Source: Anthoceros angustus (lineage: Eukaryota > Plantae > Anthocerotophyta). Taken from it: a DNA stretch of 64,000 nt. The notes beneath the pieces are model-generated. The model ran no database searches. It was not told where the DNA came from and was given only the letters and a program-made list of their open reading frames with translations. Shown piece after piece: positions 25,641-39,068 of the stretch. A program made the position numbers and the translations under genes. Positions within the stretch are counted from its first letter, which is position 1. Every line of letters starts with the position of its first letter. Location: NCBI GenBank assembly GCA_010909165.1, contig MU008154.1, positions 496,001 to 560,000 on the forward strand, written 5' to 3'.

Positions 25641-25992
25641 GCCAAGACTAGCATACCAAGGAACCAACTCAACATTGGTAGCCAAGACTAGCATACCAAG
25701 GAACCAACTCACACACTGGTAGCCAAGACTAGCATACCAAGGAACCAACTCAACTAGAGAAGAGCCTCAAGAAACCTTTGCCAACATCCTAGAATCCGAC
25801 TAACTCAAGACGGGCATACCAAGAAACCAACTCAATTGGAGAAGAGCCTCAAGAAACCTCTGCCAACACCCTAGAATCCGACTCACTCTCGAGCACAATG
25901 CAACTGCCAACACCCTAGCATCCGACTCACTCTCGAGCACAATGCAACTGCCAACACCCTAGCATCCGACTCACTCTCGAGCATAGTGCAAC
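25641..25992. repeat. Composite minisatellite: 3 x 40-41 bp unit, 2 x ~80 bp unit, then 3 x 44 bp unit
   Basis: gccaagactagcataccaaggaaccaactca at 25641, 25681 and 25722; ctgccaacaccctagcatccgactcactctcgagcacaatgcaa at 25860, 25904 and 25948. Confidence 0.9.
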
Positions 25993-27474
25993 TACCGAAG
26001 CCCACAAGATAGCTAGTTTGCAAGACCAAGACATCAAGCTCTTGCGGAAACCCACCAACCACCTACGTAGCCAAGACATCCACCTCCTCCAATGATATAT
26101 ATGAGAAAACCATGCGACCAAACCACCACCGGAGCCGAAATGATTATCTTCACTAAAAGAAATAAGGCAGCACATAATTAAATATATTTAATTTTTTTTT
26201 GTGACGGTTTAATTAAATAGAAAAGTATATCTAGGTTACCTATGATGTGCAAATGAGTAAGCTGAGGTAATTTTTATAAGGAGTGCCTACAATGGGGTTA
26301 CGGCGCGTCGAAAGGTGCAGCACAGGGTGCGTGGCTCGGCATCACTCACGGCACACGACGACGGGATTTTGATTCACGATCGAATTGCTGAAAACGATGC
26401 GGAAGGATTTTTTCCAGCACGCCAAGAGGGACAGACAGGAACAGGTCCCAGTGCAAGAGGAGGAGTGCAAAATCTGTTGTCATATTGAATTGTCAGACGA
26501 AGTTACAAAATGTTACGGTACAACAGTAAGGGCACACAGGCCATGTCCCTTCCGGCAGACTGACAACAAATAAATTTAATTTCGTGTCTCGGACGTTAGC
26601 CAGAAGAAAATTTTCTTACTACAAGCCTGGCTAAAGCCTGCCTTGAAAACTGTGACGAGAAAGTTCCCTCACCAGCTACCCGGAGGTATGGCAAAGCAGG
26701 TAAACTTTCACATCATAAACATACCTCGGTTGCAGATGGCTGGGGGGACTTGGCAGTACACAGCTTGCCTAAAGAGCAAGGCAAGCTGTTCTTGTTTTCT
26801 CGATCCTGCTACCCTGTTCCTCTGATAATAAACGTTCAATGATCGACCCTCCTAAACTCCTACTGAGCTTGTCTTTCCCCGCCGCACCCCTCCTGAATAG
26901 GCACATTCCCTTCCCTCTTTTCCACTCTGAGAGAGGCCAGATCTCAGGAGGGTTAATTTTCCATCACCCTTCCTCCTCCTCCTCCTCCCCCCCACCCCCA
27001 CTGTCCTTCCCTAATAAGTCACAGTTTATTGGTGTGGGAAAAAGATACTACTCTAACTTGCAATTCTACTGGGGTGGGGTATAGAGACGATACCATACCA
27101 ACCCCATCAATACTCACTACCTGGACATCGTCAAACTTCCTTCTTGTACAGATCCAGGCTCATCTCCCTGTATGTCGTCCTAAATCCCGCCCAAAATACA
27201 CCTGGCCACTGCAGTAACAGCAGTAGCCACCCCAGACTTGTCCCACGCCACAGGCAGTGACCACGGACCCCCGATTCCAACTGTACATACATCCGTAAAA
27301 ATAGAAACACCCGAGAAGCTGGTAAGATGCCAACCCCTCAGACCTAAGTCCTCCCGACAAGATACACCAATACGTGACAACGGACTGCTGGCAACCCCAC
27401 CCAGGCGCAGGGTGCTCCATAGACACCCTCTTTTAGATGGAGGCCAAGAGAGCAGTCCGGAAAAATTCACATGC

Positions 27475-30400
27475 TCATTTCTTCAAATTGGTACGCGCCA
27501 GAATACGCTTCCCATAAGGACTACTTCGCAATGCTGGGAGATGAGGACGGATGGCCTCAACAATAACTGCATGGAGAGATCCCTGTCGGCAAACCAACAA
27601 CCGTTTTTGTGACAGCAATTCCAAACCAAAATCATCTCCTTGCAGGAAGGTGACACAAGCTTAGTTCTCACATCGAAGAAAAACAACCTGGACTTCACCT
27701 GCAGTTTAGGCCAAGCATCGACGTACCTTTGCTACTTGAAGTGCAGATTGAATAACATAATTGGCGTAAGGGTCTTGGAGTAACTGCCCTAGTCGGGAGC
27801 TTCCCACAAGCTCCCGAACTATGCAAGCCCTGTTTTCCTCTCCAGCCAGCTTGAGACACTTCTCCACAACGTTGCTGCTAAATTTCTGGGCTGCCAGGTA
27901 AGGGTAATTTCCCTCCAGCCGCACCATGACTTCCATTGAAGCCCACGACGTACCAAGGTCAAGAATATACTGGACAACATAGTTGCTGCCACCACATCAC
28001 AAGTCAGTCAGTCAACCACCAAACATCACAACAGACCATTGATGACCCAATGTATTAGCATTGATCATTGATAACGTATCTTATTGGTAGAATACCCGGT
28101 CAAACAGCAAACCTGAGTACCAAGTTAGTTCAGAAACTAACAGCATCAAAGCACCAAAAAAAAGGGGGCTCCAATGGTACCATACCCAAATGGATCTTGT
28201 GACAGAATCAATGCATTAGCAGCAATTTCAGAAACTAAGCGCTGCTTGTGCACACCCCTTGCAAAATCGACACAGCGCTGAAGGACACAGCATCCATGGC
28301 GATGCGTGGCAATTTCCACACAGTGCGTAGCCGCAGCCTCAAAAATGAACTGCACCCACAAAAACAACAAAACTTTCAGGTACAAATACAGGGAAGCCAG
28401 AAGAGAACAATCCTAAAAGAACCACTAGCATGTTGGAGTGCACTACAGCAGTCCTGTAGCACAAAATTGCACTCAGTTGCATGCAGTTTCAGGTGACACA
28501 CTACACCACACTCACCACACTATCTTCGTTGCTGAGGCGCTGCAGACAACGCTGCACCACATGGTTACCATTCAGGTCTTTAATCAGTGTCACAACGCCT
28601 GGCTGCAGAGAGGCTTTGACCATAGCGACTTGCTCAGGAGACTTCAGTGTCTCAATTAACTTCTGCACCGCTCGAGTTCTGCAGGAAACAAATTACAGGC
28701 AAATAAACGTGAGCACATATTCTGAACCAGTCATAGGTTCGTTTCTAGAAAGACACTCAACATCAGCACGAGTAACCAGAGCCAATAATTTACCCATGCA
28801 TATTCAAAGAGATTGTGACCAGTTGACTCCCCTCTGCCACAACAGAGAGAATTGCCATTCTCTGAGTTTCATCGCAAACGTCCAACAACTTCTGTATGAG
28901 ATAATTTCCAAATGGATCTGTCATCAGCTCAATGATATGGTCGATGATCTCCACAAAAATCTTCTGAACATCTTCTGGTCCACCTTCTTCAAACTTCCTC
29001 TGGAGGAACCGACATCCATGCTGATCCTTAGCAATGGAGTAAAACCGGCCTTCCACCTCCTCGAGAGTAGTGTACTTGGATTGCTGCTGCTGTAAATGAT
29101 GGGCAGCACTGATATTTGATACATCAAACTCCAACTGCTGATCCGGAGACACCACAACTCTGGTATGGTTTGTTGCATCAGGAAGGAAAGGACTCGAATG
29201 GACAGGCGATGGAGAGTGATGACCATTCGAATACACTTGTCCATTTGAATGTCCATTCGTCAAAATTTCAGGCCTCTTGCGCACAGAGGCAACAGGTGCT
29301 ACTACTCCAGTTTGCCCATTTCGTGGTCCATTCCTCCGGGAGAGGATCTTCTCAGGCCCAGCTGGTGATCGTGATCGTTCTGTGCTCCCAGAGCTGCTTG
29401 CTCGGACATCCTTCAAAACACCAGATAGTGTCTGAGGCACTCTCACTGAGCCATAGCTTTGTGAAGCTCCTGGATGCAGGAATGGGCAAGCGTCTCCACG
29501 ACTGCAATAGCCCTGTGCATAATATCTGCAAAGATTGCCAACCTGGGAACCAACCTGGGCACGGTCCATCTGATTCAGAGCAGCAGCCACCGTTGCTGAT
29601 GGAGGAAGGTGCGGATGATTCCACACAATTTCGTGGCTCAGTTGGTGATGGTTCAGTTGGTGCTGTTGCTGGCGCTGCTGCTGCTTCAGAAGGGCATGAT
29701 TAGATAAAAGAAAAGGATGGACGGCTGCAGACTGCTGCAAGGATTGTCTGGATGCTGCATTCAAGGGAGACTGAGCCCTGAGAAAGGATGCCTGTCCACC
29801 ATTAGCCTGAGCCTGCAAGCTCGCCATGTAAGCTGCGGTCTCCTGAGCCTGTTGCTGATGGAGGAGGTGCTTCTGGATGATCTGCATCTGTTTCTGCTTC
29901 TCCTCCTGGTCCATTTGAAGTTGCAGTCTATGCGCTTGCTCAATAATCGCATGTCGTTGAAGCACCGTCATCTCATATTCTGGACCCAGCTGCTGCTGCT
30001 GCTGCTGCTGCTGCTGATGCTGATGCTGATGCACAGGAGATTGAGAAGAAAATACTTCATTGCCATTTCCAAAAGAAGCTGGGTAAATACGTGTGGCTTG
30101 CATCGAGGCAGCTGAATAAACATCCAGGTGCTGCTGATGTCGTTGCAGCAGAATCTGGTTTTGCTGCTGGGTCGCAGAACCCATTGCATAAGGATCCAAA
30201 CTCCGCCCTGAAGAAAAATCATCAGACTGTTGCGGGGAGCCTCGCCTAAGCAGCTTCTCAATCATCATCTGTGCAGAAGTCTGAGCAGCAGGTCCAGATG
30301 AGAAATCATCTAAGCTAGAATAAGACCCATTGCCGTAGGAGCCATTACTGAGGGACTCCACACCTCCACTCCGTGAAAGCAGGTCTATGGCAGATTGCTG

Positions 30401-31177
30401 CGACCTGGTAACAAAGGCATCAAGGCTGGAGGCAGATCCATAATCAGGAGCCTTTTGAACATACTGATCAAGATGCGAGTAAAGTCCATTGGAAGCAGGG
30501 GTACCCCTGCCGTTGGAGAGTGTGCCCACCAAGCCATCCGGCATGCCATTATTGCCCACATTCTCGTCATGCATCTGCTGCCGACTGTGACTGGAGACGG
30601 CTATTGCAAAACTGGATGTGGAGCTTGAGCGCTCATCAAAACCGAGGTTCCCAAAAGCCGTAGCCAACGCATGCTCATCCCTCATACGCTGCTGCTGAGA
30701 CTTTGTGGACATAATTAGGTCAGACGTTGCGGACTGCTGCTTGGTCTGAGTCATCGGATGCAAACCCTGTTGATTCTGCACTTGTGACTGCACCTCAAAC
30801 TGCCGCTGCCGCTGCTGTTGTAAGCTGGCCGGAGGACTGTCCAATGTCAAGCCACTGTAGAAGGGGGACAGCGCATTAGATGCTGACTTGGGGGAGCAGG
30901 AGAGGGTAGGAAGATCATTATAAATTGTACGATTGTCCATGGGAGGAGGAAGTTTCTTAGCACCTGAATAAGCACGGTAGAACTCTTCGTAGTGCTCATC
31001 ACAACGAATATCAGTAAAAGGCTTCACAGCAAGCTCAGTCTCCCTGAAAGATACAAAAGGGCTGTCCTCGAGCTGAGAACCGTAAGCTCGTTGCAGTTCT
31101 TCCAAATGGGGAGGAGCAGATGTAGCACGAGGGATTTCACCTAACAGCTGCTCGAGCTCTTCGTCTTCTTGTTCCAT
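27475..31177 (-). CDS. Pumilio/PUF RNA-binding protein with Q-rich N-terminal region, CCCH zinc finger and C-terminal PUM-HD; multi-exon
   Basis: MEQEDEELEQLLGEIPRATSAPP N-terminus; CRYYAQGYCSRGDACPFLH; Puf repeats AKDQHGCRFLQRK, TDPFGNYLIQK, SLNMHGTRAVQK, IKDLNGNHVVQR, ATHRHGCCVLQR, AAQKFSSNVVEK, LQDPYANYVIQS; ends SSPYGKRILARTNLKK* at 27475. Confidence 0.95.
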
Positions 31178-31178
31178 A

Positions 31179-31290
31179 TCACCCAATAGGGCGACCTTTC
31201 AGAAGCAGGAGGTGTCTGACACTAGAACCCCGGCAGCAGAACCCTCCACATGCATAATAATGGAGCCTCATCCGAGAGTTATCATAACAT
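31179..31290 (-). promoter_or_regulatory. Three overlapping upstream ORFs in the PUF 5' leader
   Basis: uORF1 31290-31282 (ML*), uORF2 31285-31268 (MITLG*), uORF3 31271-31179 (30 aa); main ATG at 31177. A TGCAG acceptor at 31316 would place them in the exon. Confidence 0.6.
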
Positions 31291-34200
31291 GGAGACTGCT
31301 GCTCAACCTCGAGCTCTGCACATAAGAAGATACATGCGGCAAACACTAAACCCAGACAGTTAGGCTGTCCAAGCTATGCACCCGACAGTAGTCAGGCCGT
31401 CTGGGACGGCTGGCGTCACCTGGCACACCAAGTTCCAGGTGGCTTCACAGACAGGGGTGCAGAGATAACCCGCAGATCGCAGAGATAAATCTAGCGCGGA
31501 AAGATACAACCTGCAACAGAAGGGACATGGGCATGGCAAACATCAGTCGGCATGGTGGTACAAAAACATCAGAAAAGCCCACCTCCCCAAACTCGCTCTT
31601 TATCATCGACAACAGCAACAACAACAACATGCCATGCATGCACACATGCACAGCCATAGCCACAGCCGCACCCACAACCACAACCCACCCACCACAAAGC
31701 ATCGACACCGCCACCACCCACAAACGGAAACACAAAACCACCCCGATGCAAAATCCGCAGCTGCCAGCCAATCAAGCGTACCTCAAACTCTAGTCCCCCT
31801 CGCAAAATTGCGACCGGGGCGACAAAATTGGCAGCGATCAAAAGCGGCAGCATGCTCACGCAAGTTCCACCGCGCTCAGGTCACAACAAAGAAGCACCAC
31901 AGCCGATCCGGACCGCAAGCAAGCACCAGCGCAGACCACGATTGCCGAATGCGGACCGGGATTTCCAAATTGCCGCCGCATGCGAGCCCGGCAGTGGGAG
32001 CCGCCGCCGCCCACCAGGCTCACGCTCAAACAGCAGCCAAATGGCGAGCTGGGCGGCATCCTAGCGGCCCAACCCCTCCGGCCAAGACGGGCGCAATCCA
32101 ATCCAAGCGGCCAAATTAGCACGGATCTGCAGGGATTGCACCGCCAATAGCGGCAGGCCCGGCAGGCACGGAGTAGTCCGCAATCCCGGGACCTGCCAGC
32201 GTGCGACGGGCTCCGGCGAGCCCGCCACACGCACCGGGGGAACCACACGCGGCTGAACCCACACCACAGCACACAAACGCAAACCACCACACCAGCAACA
32301 GCAACAGCAACAGCAACAGACAGGCCAAGGCCAAGCCCACCCAGCACTACTACGCCACACCGAAACCGCAACAACAGCAACCAGCAACCAGCAGACGATC
32401 TACCGTTCCCTAAACGGAGTCGGGAGGCACCTGATCCGCGGATTCCCGATCCCGCACGGAATTAGCTCCCGCCTGAGGCAAGCGCGGGCGCAGGGAGAGC
32501 AGCAGGAGGGAGGGGAGCAGCAGGGGTCCTGAGGGCGGGGTCATGGAGTTGGGTTGCGACCAGCAGGAGCAGGGGCAGGGGCAGCGGGGGGCGGCGAGGC
32601 CGGTAGGTCTGAGGCGCCGGCGCCGCTTCCTCTCATCACGCACGACGCGCCCCAGAGAGCAGCAACAGCCCACCGAGGCCAGAAGAGGAGAAGAGAAGCG
32701 ACAAGCAGAGGCAAAGGCTAAGCAAAGCAGCACAAGCAGCGGCAGCAGCCGAGCCGGGGCTTGCCCAAGCCGAGAAGGCCCCGCAAATGAACTTTGGCCG
32801 AGGCTCCAGGAGAAGTTGGGGGCCAGGGCCAAGCCTGGGTCTGGCGGTGGCCTGTGCGTACTGGCAGCGTGGCGGCACACCCACTTCCCCCTCTGCTACC
32901 CGCTAGCCTGCGCGCATTCTACGTCCCCGTTTACTGGCCTCCTCGGTACACAAACCACGGCACATCCCAGCCGAGCACGGTATAGCATATATTGCTGCTA
33001 TATTGGCTGCAGTAATCAACACCGCCCTCTCTCGGGCCACATTCGGCTAACCCACAAAATGTCTTGCTTGCCCACATGAGCATGACAAGACTAATTTTGT
33101 GATAGAATTTATTTCTATTTTTTTCCAGTAATTCAAGACATAATTTTACACAATGATTCTGGTGGTCTTGAAGATTTGGGGGAATTTCGTTGATCACCAA
33201 AAGTGATAATGTGTGTGCATTGTCAAGCTTCATAGCAGGGGAAAGTGGGATTTTGTTCATAGTCGCATAAGCAGTAATGTGATGTTAGAGATTGAAGTTA
33301 GTATCACATAAAAGTTCACGAACAATGCTAAAGGGTCTTAGAGTCAAGGAGGGAGCCCAAGAAAATGGTGTTTAAGATACTTCTAGAGATTGGCATTGTG
33401 GACGAGGTTGGTTAGGAATGGAATAATGATAAAACAAAAAAGTAGCTTCGTATGAAAGGTCCACAAAGATAGGAGTGAAGTTGATCGGATCAATTAAATT
33501 GAATTAGGAGGATTATAGAGTTTAGAGGTTGAGATGCTGCTATGTTGGTTATTGAAACTGATATAATAACATTGTACACGGGTTCGCACGAAAATTGCAT
33601 CAATTGAGATCACTTGAGAAATAAATATTGCCGCTTCTTGTCCGGCATAGCAATCCCACTACGATCTTGCTTCATAAATAATTCGCAGATTTACTTTCAT
33701 GGCTAGTGGTTCATGATCATTTGCCTAGTTCATACTCTTTGTGGTTGAGCCCACCTACAACTTCAGCTCAATATTTTATGACATATACTTTGTCATTGAT
33801 TTAATTTTTTTTTTCTATTATCGAGATTAATTATTGGTCCATTCTTCTAGTTGCTTCATTCGTCCATATAGTTGTTTCCAAGCAAACCCACAACGCTTTC
33901 TCTCGGCCTGCATCCCAGATAATTAGAAAATCTCATGTTTGCCGATGGGAAAATTAATTTCATGATAATAATTATTCTCAATTAATTTTCAATAATTGAA
34001 GATATAATCGCACACAACAATTCTTACTCGTCGTTGGACTATGAAGAGGTCTTCCATCACCTCACTACATAGGTACCCACTCTGATTTAGAGCTGCGAGC
34101 TACTGTCGCGCTGCCTCACAAGATAGTTACCTGATCTAATTCAGAGCTACGCGCGCACTGCCTCACTACATTTTGTCAATTGCGCACCTACAAACATTAG

Positions 34201-34295
34201 TTCAAATGGGTTCAAAAGCCTAGTTTTATATTAAGTCAGTTCTCGCTGCTCGGGGTGTGGTGGTTTCCGATGAGAGAAATTCAAAAATGTGACCT

Positions 34296-35050
34296 TATAT
34301 ATTTGTTATCTATTGGAAGAAAGGACTGCATAGCTACATGCCCTTAAGGATTCAAAATTCGCAACGCCTCACTACATAGTTATTGGCCAGGCTGTATAGT
34401 CGCTTCCTCTTGACACATATATTTGTTATCTATTAGAAGAAAGGACTCGCCTGCATAGCTACATGTCCTTAAGGATTCAAAATTCGCAGCGCCTCACTAC
34501 ATAGTTATTGGCTAGGCTGTATAGTCGCTTCTTCTTGACACATATATTTGTTAACTATTTAGAAGAAACGACTCGCCTGCATAGCTACATGCCCTCAAGG
34601 ATTCAAAATTCGTAGCACCTCACTACATAATTATTGGCCAGGTTGTATAGTCGCTTCCTCTTGACACTTGCCGGTCCATGTGGCCGCGTCGTTCTTGAGA
34701 GCAGTTACCAAGCGTGACACGAACGCTTTGTCACGTATATTTTTTTTTAATTTTTTAACTAATACTTTTTTTAGAACATATGCTATGCATGGAAAAAAGA
34801 ACATTTCCTACCAAAATTCACCCTCAATAAAAAGATACTAGTCGCTTCCTCTTGACACTTGCCGCTCCATGTGGCCGCATCGCTCTTGAGAGCAGTTACC
34901 AAGTGTGATGCTAACGCTTTCGTCACGATTTGTTTTTTTAATTTTTAACCAATACTACTTTCAGAGCATATGCTATGGATGGAAAAAATTCTGTCGCCCT
35001 ACCTAAAGGTATACATTTCCTACCAAAGTCCACCTCCAAAAAAAGATACC
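34296..35050. repeat. 3 x ~122-bp tandem repeat followed by a 2 x ~190-bp tandem duplication
   Basis: tatatatttgttatctatt...tagtcgcttcctcttgacac units at ~34296, 34416 and 34541; tagtcgcttcctcttgacacttgcc... at 34648 and 34839. Confidence 0.88.
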
Positions 35051-37320
35051 TACATACCATGAGGCACCACTTCGTTACAAAATTGCTAAGAGATATTACA
35101 CTTCACGAAATAATAGTTAGCAGAGCTAATTTGATGTTAGAAGGTATTTTTCTTCCCTTCCATAAACTATTTAGTTTTGATCCATGAGCTTCTTTTTTTT
35201 TTGATTTATTAGTACTACCACCCAATATGGTCCACATAAGAGTAGGGGAACAACGTAGTAAAACAATAGTATGTCAAAATTTTACTAGGCAAGTGAGAGC
35301 CTTGCAGGCTAGGATGTAAGAGTTTGTTGAGAGACTTGGAGGGTTTTGGAGCGTTTCTGTTGAATGGTTACCTATGTTTTGCATCCCTTGGTTTATATCC
35401 CTTCCATGCCTTGTAGGCTTGTCTTTGTAATATCTTTGTATCCATGAGAACAAAGTCTACATGCGCAATCAAAAAATCGTAACTACATGTATGAGAAAAG
35501 TGCAGCCTTAGGAGTCACAGTTGCCTCTTCACTCAAAGGAGAATTTTAATACATGATCTACACCAACACTCAATATGGTCCTATTAGAGAAATTTTGATA
35601 TCATTCACATTATTAGCACCCAATATGATCGCATTAAGATCTATTATAGCAAAATTTTAAAATTATCCACACACACCAGCACCGCTAACATGGTGGGCAC
35701 TACTACTCGTTGGAGTGAAAATCGAAAAGCACTCACACCGGCACCTAATATGGTCGATAATAGTACTTATTAAAGCAATTTCAATATCCCTCCACATCTC
35801 CATCCATTACAATAAATCTAATAAAGCAAATGTTTATGTGGTGGACGCTTACGGTGCCAAATAGACAAGATTTTTGTATGGTCTACACCAACACCGGATA
35901 GAATATATTTTCAAGTAGTGCACACCAACACCCAACCAAACAAGAGGACCCAACAAAGTATATTTCCATACGATCCACACCAACAACCCACATGGTAGAT
36001 TTTTACATGATGTGCAGCAACCAGCAACCAGAACCCAGCACCCAAGAGAGAGTAGATTTCTCTCCCATTCCCCTCACTCATGTGCATGACTCCCAGGAAT
36101 GCATGTATTTCCATAATGTCTTAAACTTGGCATGATAACAATCACCACAAAATCAGCTCATTTGTCGAATGATAACCTAGTTAGTTTAACGGCCCAGCAG
36201 CTCTCCGAAATCCCCAGGACAGGAGACAAAACGAAGGGCCGTATGATTTTTGGGAAGGAATTGCGAAGGGAGTGGGACGTTCGGAGGCGGTGGGTTAGGG
36301 AGTGTGTGAAAGGAGCTAGATTCGGAGGACAGGTTGTTAGTAAATGAAGGATCGGGGGACGGAGGAGATGCGGTTTCTGTGTTAGGTACGGCGGACATGA
36401 ATGTGAGTGAATGATCGTGTTCTTGTAACGTGATGCCACCAATGCAATGCCCCAAAGGCACCACCCTCTATCTCGACTCCCGAGGAGTCCAGTATACTCA
36501 TGCATAAAATATCATGTGAAATATCTGCACGACATGGTATCCGACAGTTCCAGTGTCCCAGAAAATCTCTCCTATAAAAGGAAAAATTGGTCCAAGATTG
36601 GGAGTCGGAAGTTAGGGCAAAGCCCACCCACCCACACCGCCGCATCGGAGAAAAGCGGCTAGGCAATCATTGGCCGCTTGTTTGTTTCTCCAGCCCACGG
36701 GACCCACCCGCGGGGGCCTGGCCCCAGCCCGGTCATGGACCGAGACACCGGACGCGTTCCAGTCGCGGGCGCCGCGGCCGAGGGGGTTGGTGGGCAAGTG
36801 CACGGGCGAGACTGGAGGGCACCAGAACTGCCATGACAGGCAGTGAGGCACCACGACGCCGGACCCGCGCCCGGGCCCGGGCCCGGGCCCGGGCCGGGTC
36901 TGCCACGACGCCTGTCATCATGCCAAGAACACGGGCCCGGCCCACCTGCTCGCTCGCCTGCTGCTCACCACCTCCGAGTCCGCACCTGCATCTACTGCGG
37001 CGTATCAGCGTCTCGTGTACTGTACCGATATGGCTGTACCCGGCGAGGCCATGGCGCTCTCTAACGTCTCCCTCGTCTCGTCTCGTCTGGCCATGCTGGT
37101 ACCTGGAGACGCTGCAGCGGCAGAGGAACCTTGTGAGGCGGCCAGGGCGGCGTGAACAATGGCGCCACCCGGATCTTCCCCCTCTCCTTCCACAAACACG
37201 AGATCCATCGTCCTATGCTGCAGCAGCTGCGGGAACAAACCCCGGTGCAGTGCACGCGCTGCGCGCAGGGCCTGCGCTAGGGTAGGGCAAACAAAGGAGG
37301 AAGGGAGCAAGGGAGGAGCT

Positions 37321-38135
37321 TCAGGTGTGGCGGTCGAGGAGCTTCTCGATCACCACGGAGAAGGTTGCAAATCCCGCGCATCCGATGCAGGCTGCCTTCG
37401 CCCCGGCTGCACAGGGAATCCACATCGTTGTTAGAAAATCGATGCCTGTTGCAATCTTGATGCTTGATGTACGATCTTGATGCCTGATCCAGTTTTGATG
37501 CAATGCACAGACCGGAAGCGAATTGCTCGGTGGCAGGGATGTCGGAAGAAGAGCATACCTTTGGCTGACAGAGCTCCGCCGGTGACGCAGCCCGCTGCTG
37601 CGGTATTTGCAATGTCGTGTCTTGCGCGAGCCTGCACACACATGGGGTTGTTAGGTTAGGGCATGGCTATGGAAGTAACTGCTTGATTGAATGCTTGCTT
37701 GCGGTTTGTATGCGCATCACCTTCTCTATCACACACTCAGAGCCTGCGAAAATGGCTCCCATGACTGCGAAAGCCTTGGCCATGCCGACGCTCCTGCTTC
37801 CCATGGTTTTGGCGGTGTGCACGAATTGCTGCCTGGCCGTCATGGTCTCGGACTGCAAGGGATTGTCCAGGGCGCCAAAGAGCAGCCCCATGAAGAGCCC
37901 CATCCCGCCACCTTCACACACCCACTCAGTCCGTCAGCTTCCTGCACGAAACGAACAAGGCATGCATGACTCGAAGCTCGCTGAACGCACCCATGACACC
38001 GCTCATGACAGTCCGCACGGCGCAATTGTTGAACACTTCCTGCGCCATGATCTCGTCGGGAGTGGGAGGCTTGAACACCGAGGCCGGCGAGGACGCCGAC
38101 GCGGGAGGTGAGGCCGAGGAGGAACCGTCCGCCAT
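37321..38135 (-). CDS. TIM22: Mitochondrial inner-membrane translocase Tim22 (Tim17/22/23 family), 4 exons
   Basis: PTPDEIMAQEVFNNCAVRTVMSGVMG; GGMGLFMGLLFGALDN...AKAFAVMGAIFAGSECVIEK; ARARHDIANTAAAGCVTGGALSAK; KAACIGCAGFATFSVVIEKLLDRHT*. Confidence 0.93.
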
Positions 38136-39068
38136 CGCAGAGATCCGGATGCCTAGAATCCCTGCCTACGCCCAAACCTGCGGGCGATCCTGCAAATCGG
38201 ACTGCAATTGCGCTGCTCCTGCGAGGAATCCCCGCACTTCCCTCATCGCCCGGGCAACCAGCTCACCGGGATCGATCGGCCTCCAGTCCCCTCCGATCCC
38301 AGCTGCCGAATTGCACTGACAATGCTGCAATCCCTGCAAAAAATTTCAGACCTAACCCTAAATTGCATGCTCTCCGTCCAGATCCTTTACCTGCACATAT
38401 CGATTCTGCAAATCAGAAGCCGAGACCAGGCCAAGCTCGCTGCTAGCCTAGCTTGCATCCTGTGCTTGTCAGATACAGACGCTGATGATCCGCTGGCGAC
38501 AGAGAAGCATTGACCTTGACTCCCCGCCTAGGTGTGACGGCCCTTCTGTCCGCTTTTAAATGGCTTGACCAAGCCCCGCTCTGGCTATTACGATGGTGCA
38601 GTCTCCGAGGAGGCTGCGCATGTACATGTGTGGATATGACATGCCAAGTTTCTCCGTCTTTGAATAGCACGGAAGCTGCTGGAAGGCTTCCCATACAAAG
38701 CATACGAATTAAACTATGGTGGGAATAACCCGGGCACTGACGACAAACTCCATCCTATTAATAAAAAAGGCGCTGCTATGTCCTAACATTTGAATCTGGA
38801 CATAGTTTCGAGACTGAAATATAATACATTTTACATAAATGAACCTGACGTGAAGTGTGGGCACCTGACCGACAATTTCCCGACCACTACATAAAGGACG
38901 CGAAAGCCACATTCCCAAGGCCCCCGTGCGACTGCAGCAGCACAGTTCCACGCAGAAAGTGGCCCCGAGATAGCTGCACCTACACACGCAGCCAGGGTTA
39001 GAACACGAATAGTACCTCCTCACGGGTAGGAAACGGAGGAGAGTGGGAAGGAGGTGAGGCACACCTTG

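Noticed and set aside
26900-27475. Pumilio response element for autoregulation in the PUF 3' UTR
   Set aside because: No UGUAHAUA on the transcribed strand; only TGTATGTA near 27290.
31445-33079. ORFs with poly-Q/C/A runs
   Set aside because: CAG/CAA microsatellites in the PUF leader and its introns.
36587-37310. 232-aa ORF with RARARA, and a (GCCCGG)n foldback at 36834-36930
   Set aside because: Low-complexity repeat translation; the flanking inverted repeat is only ~9 bp and imperfect.
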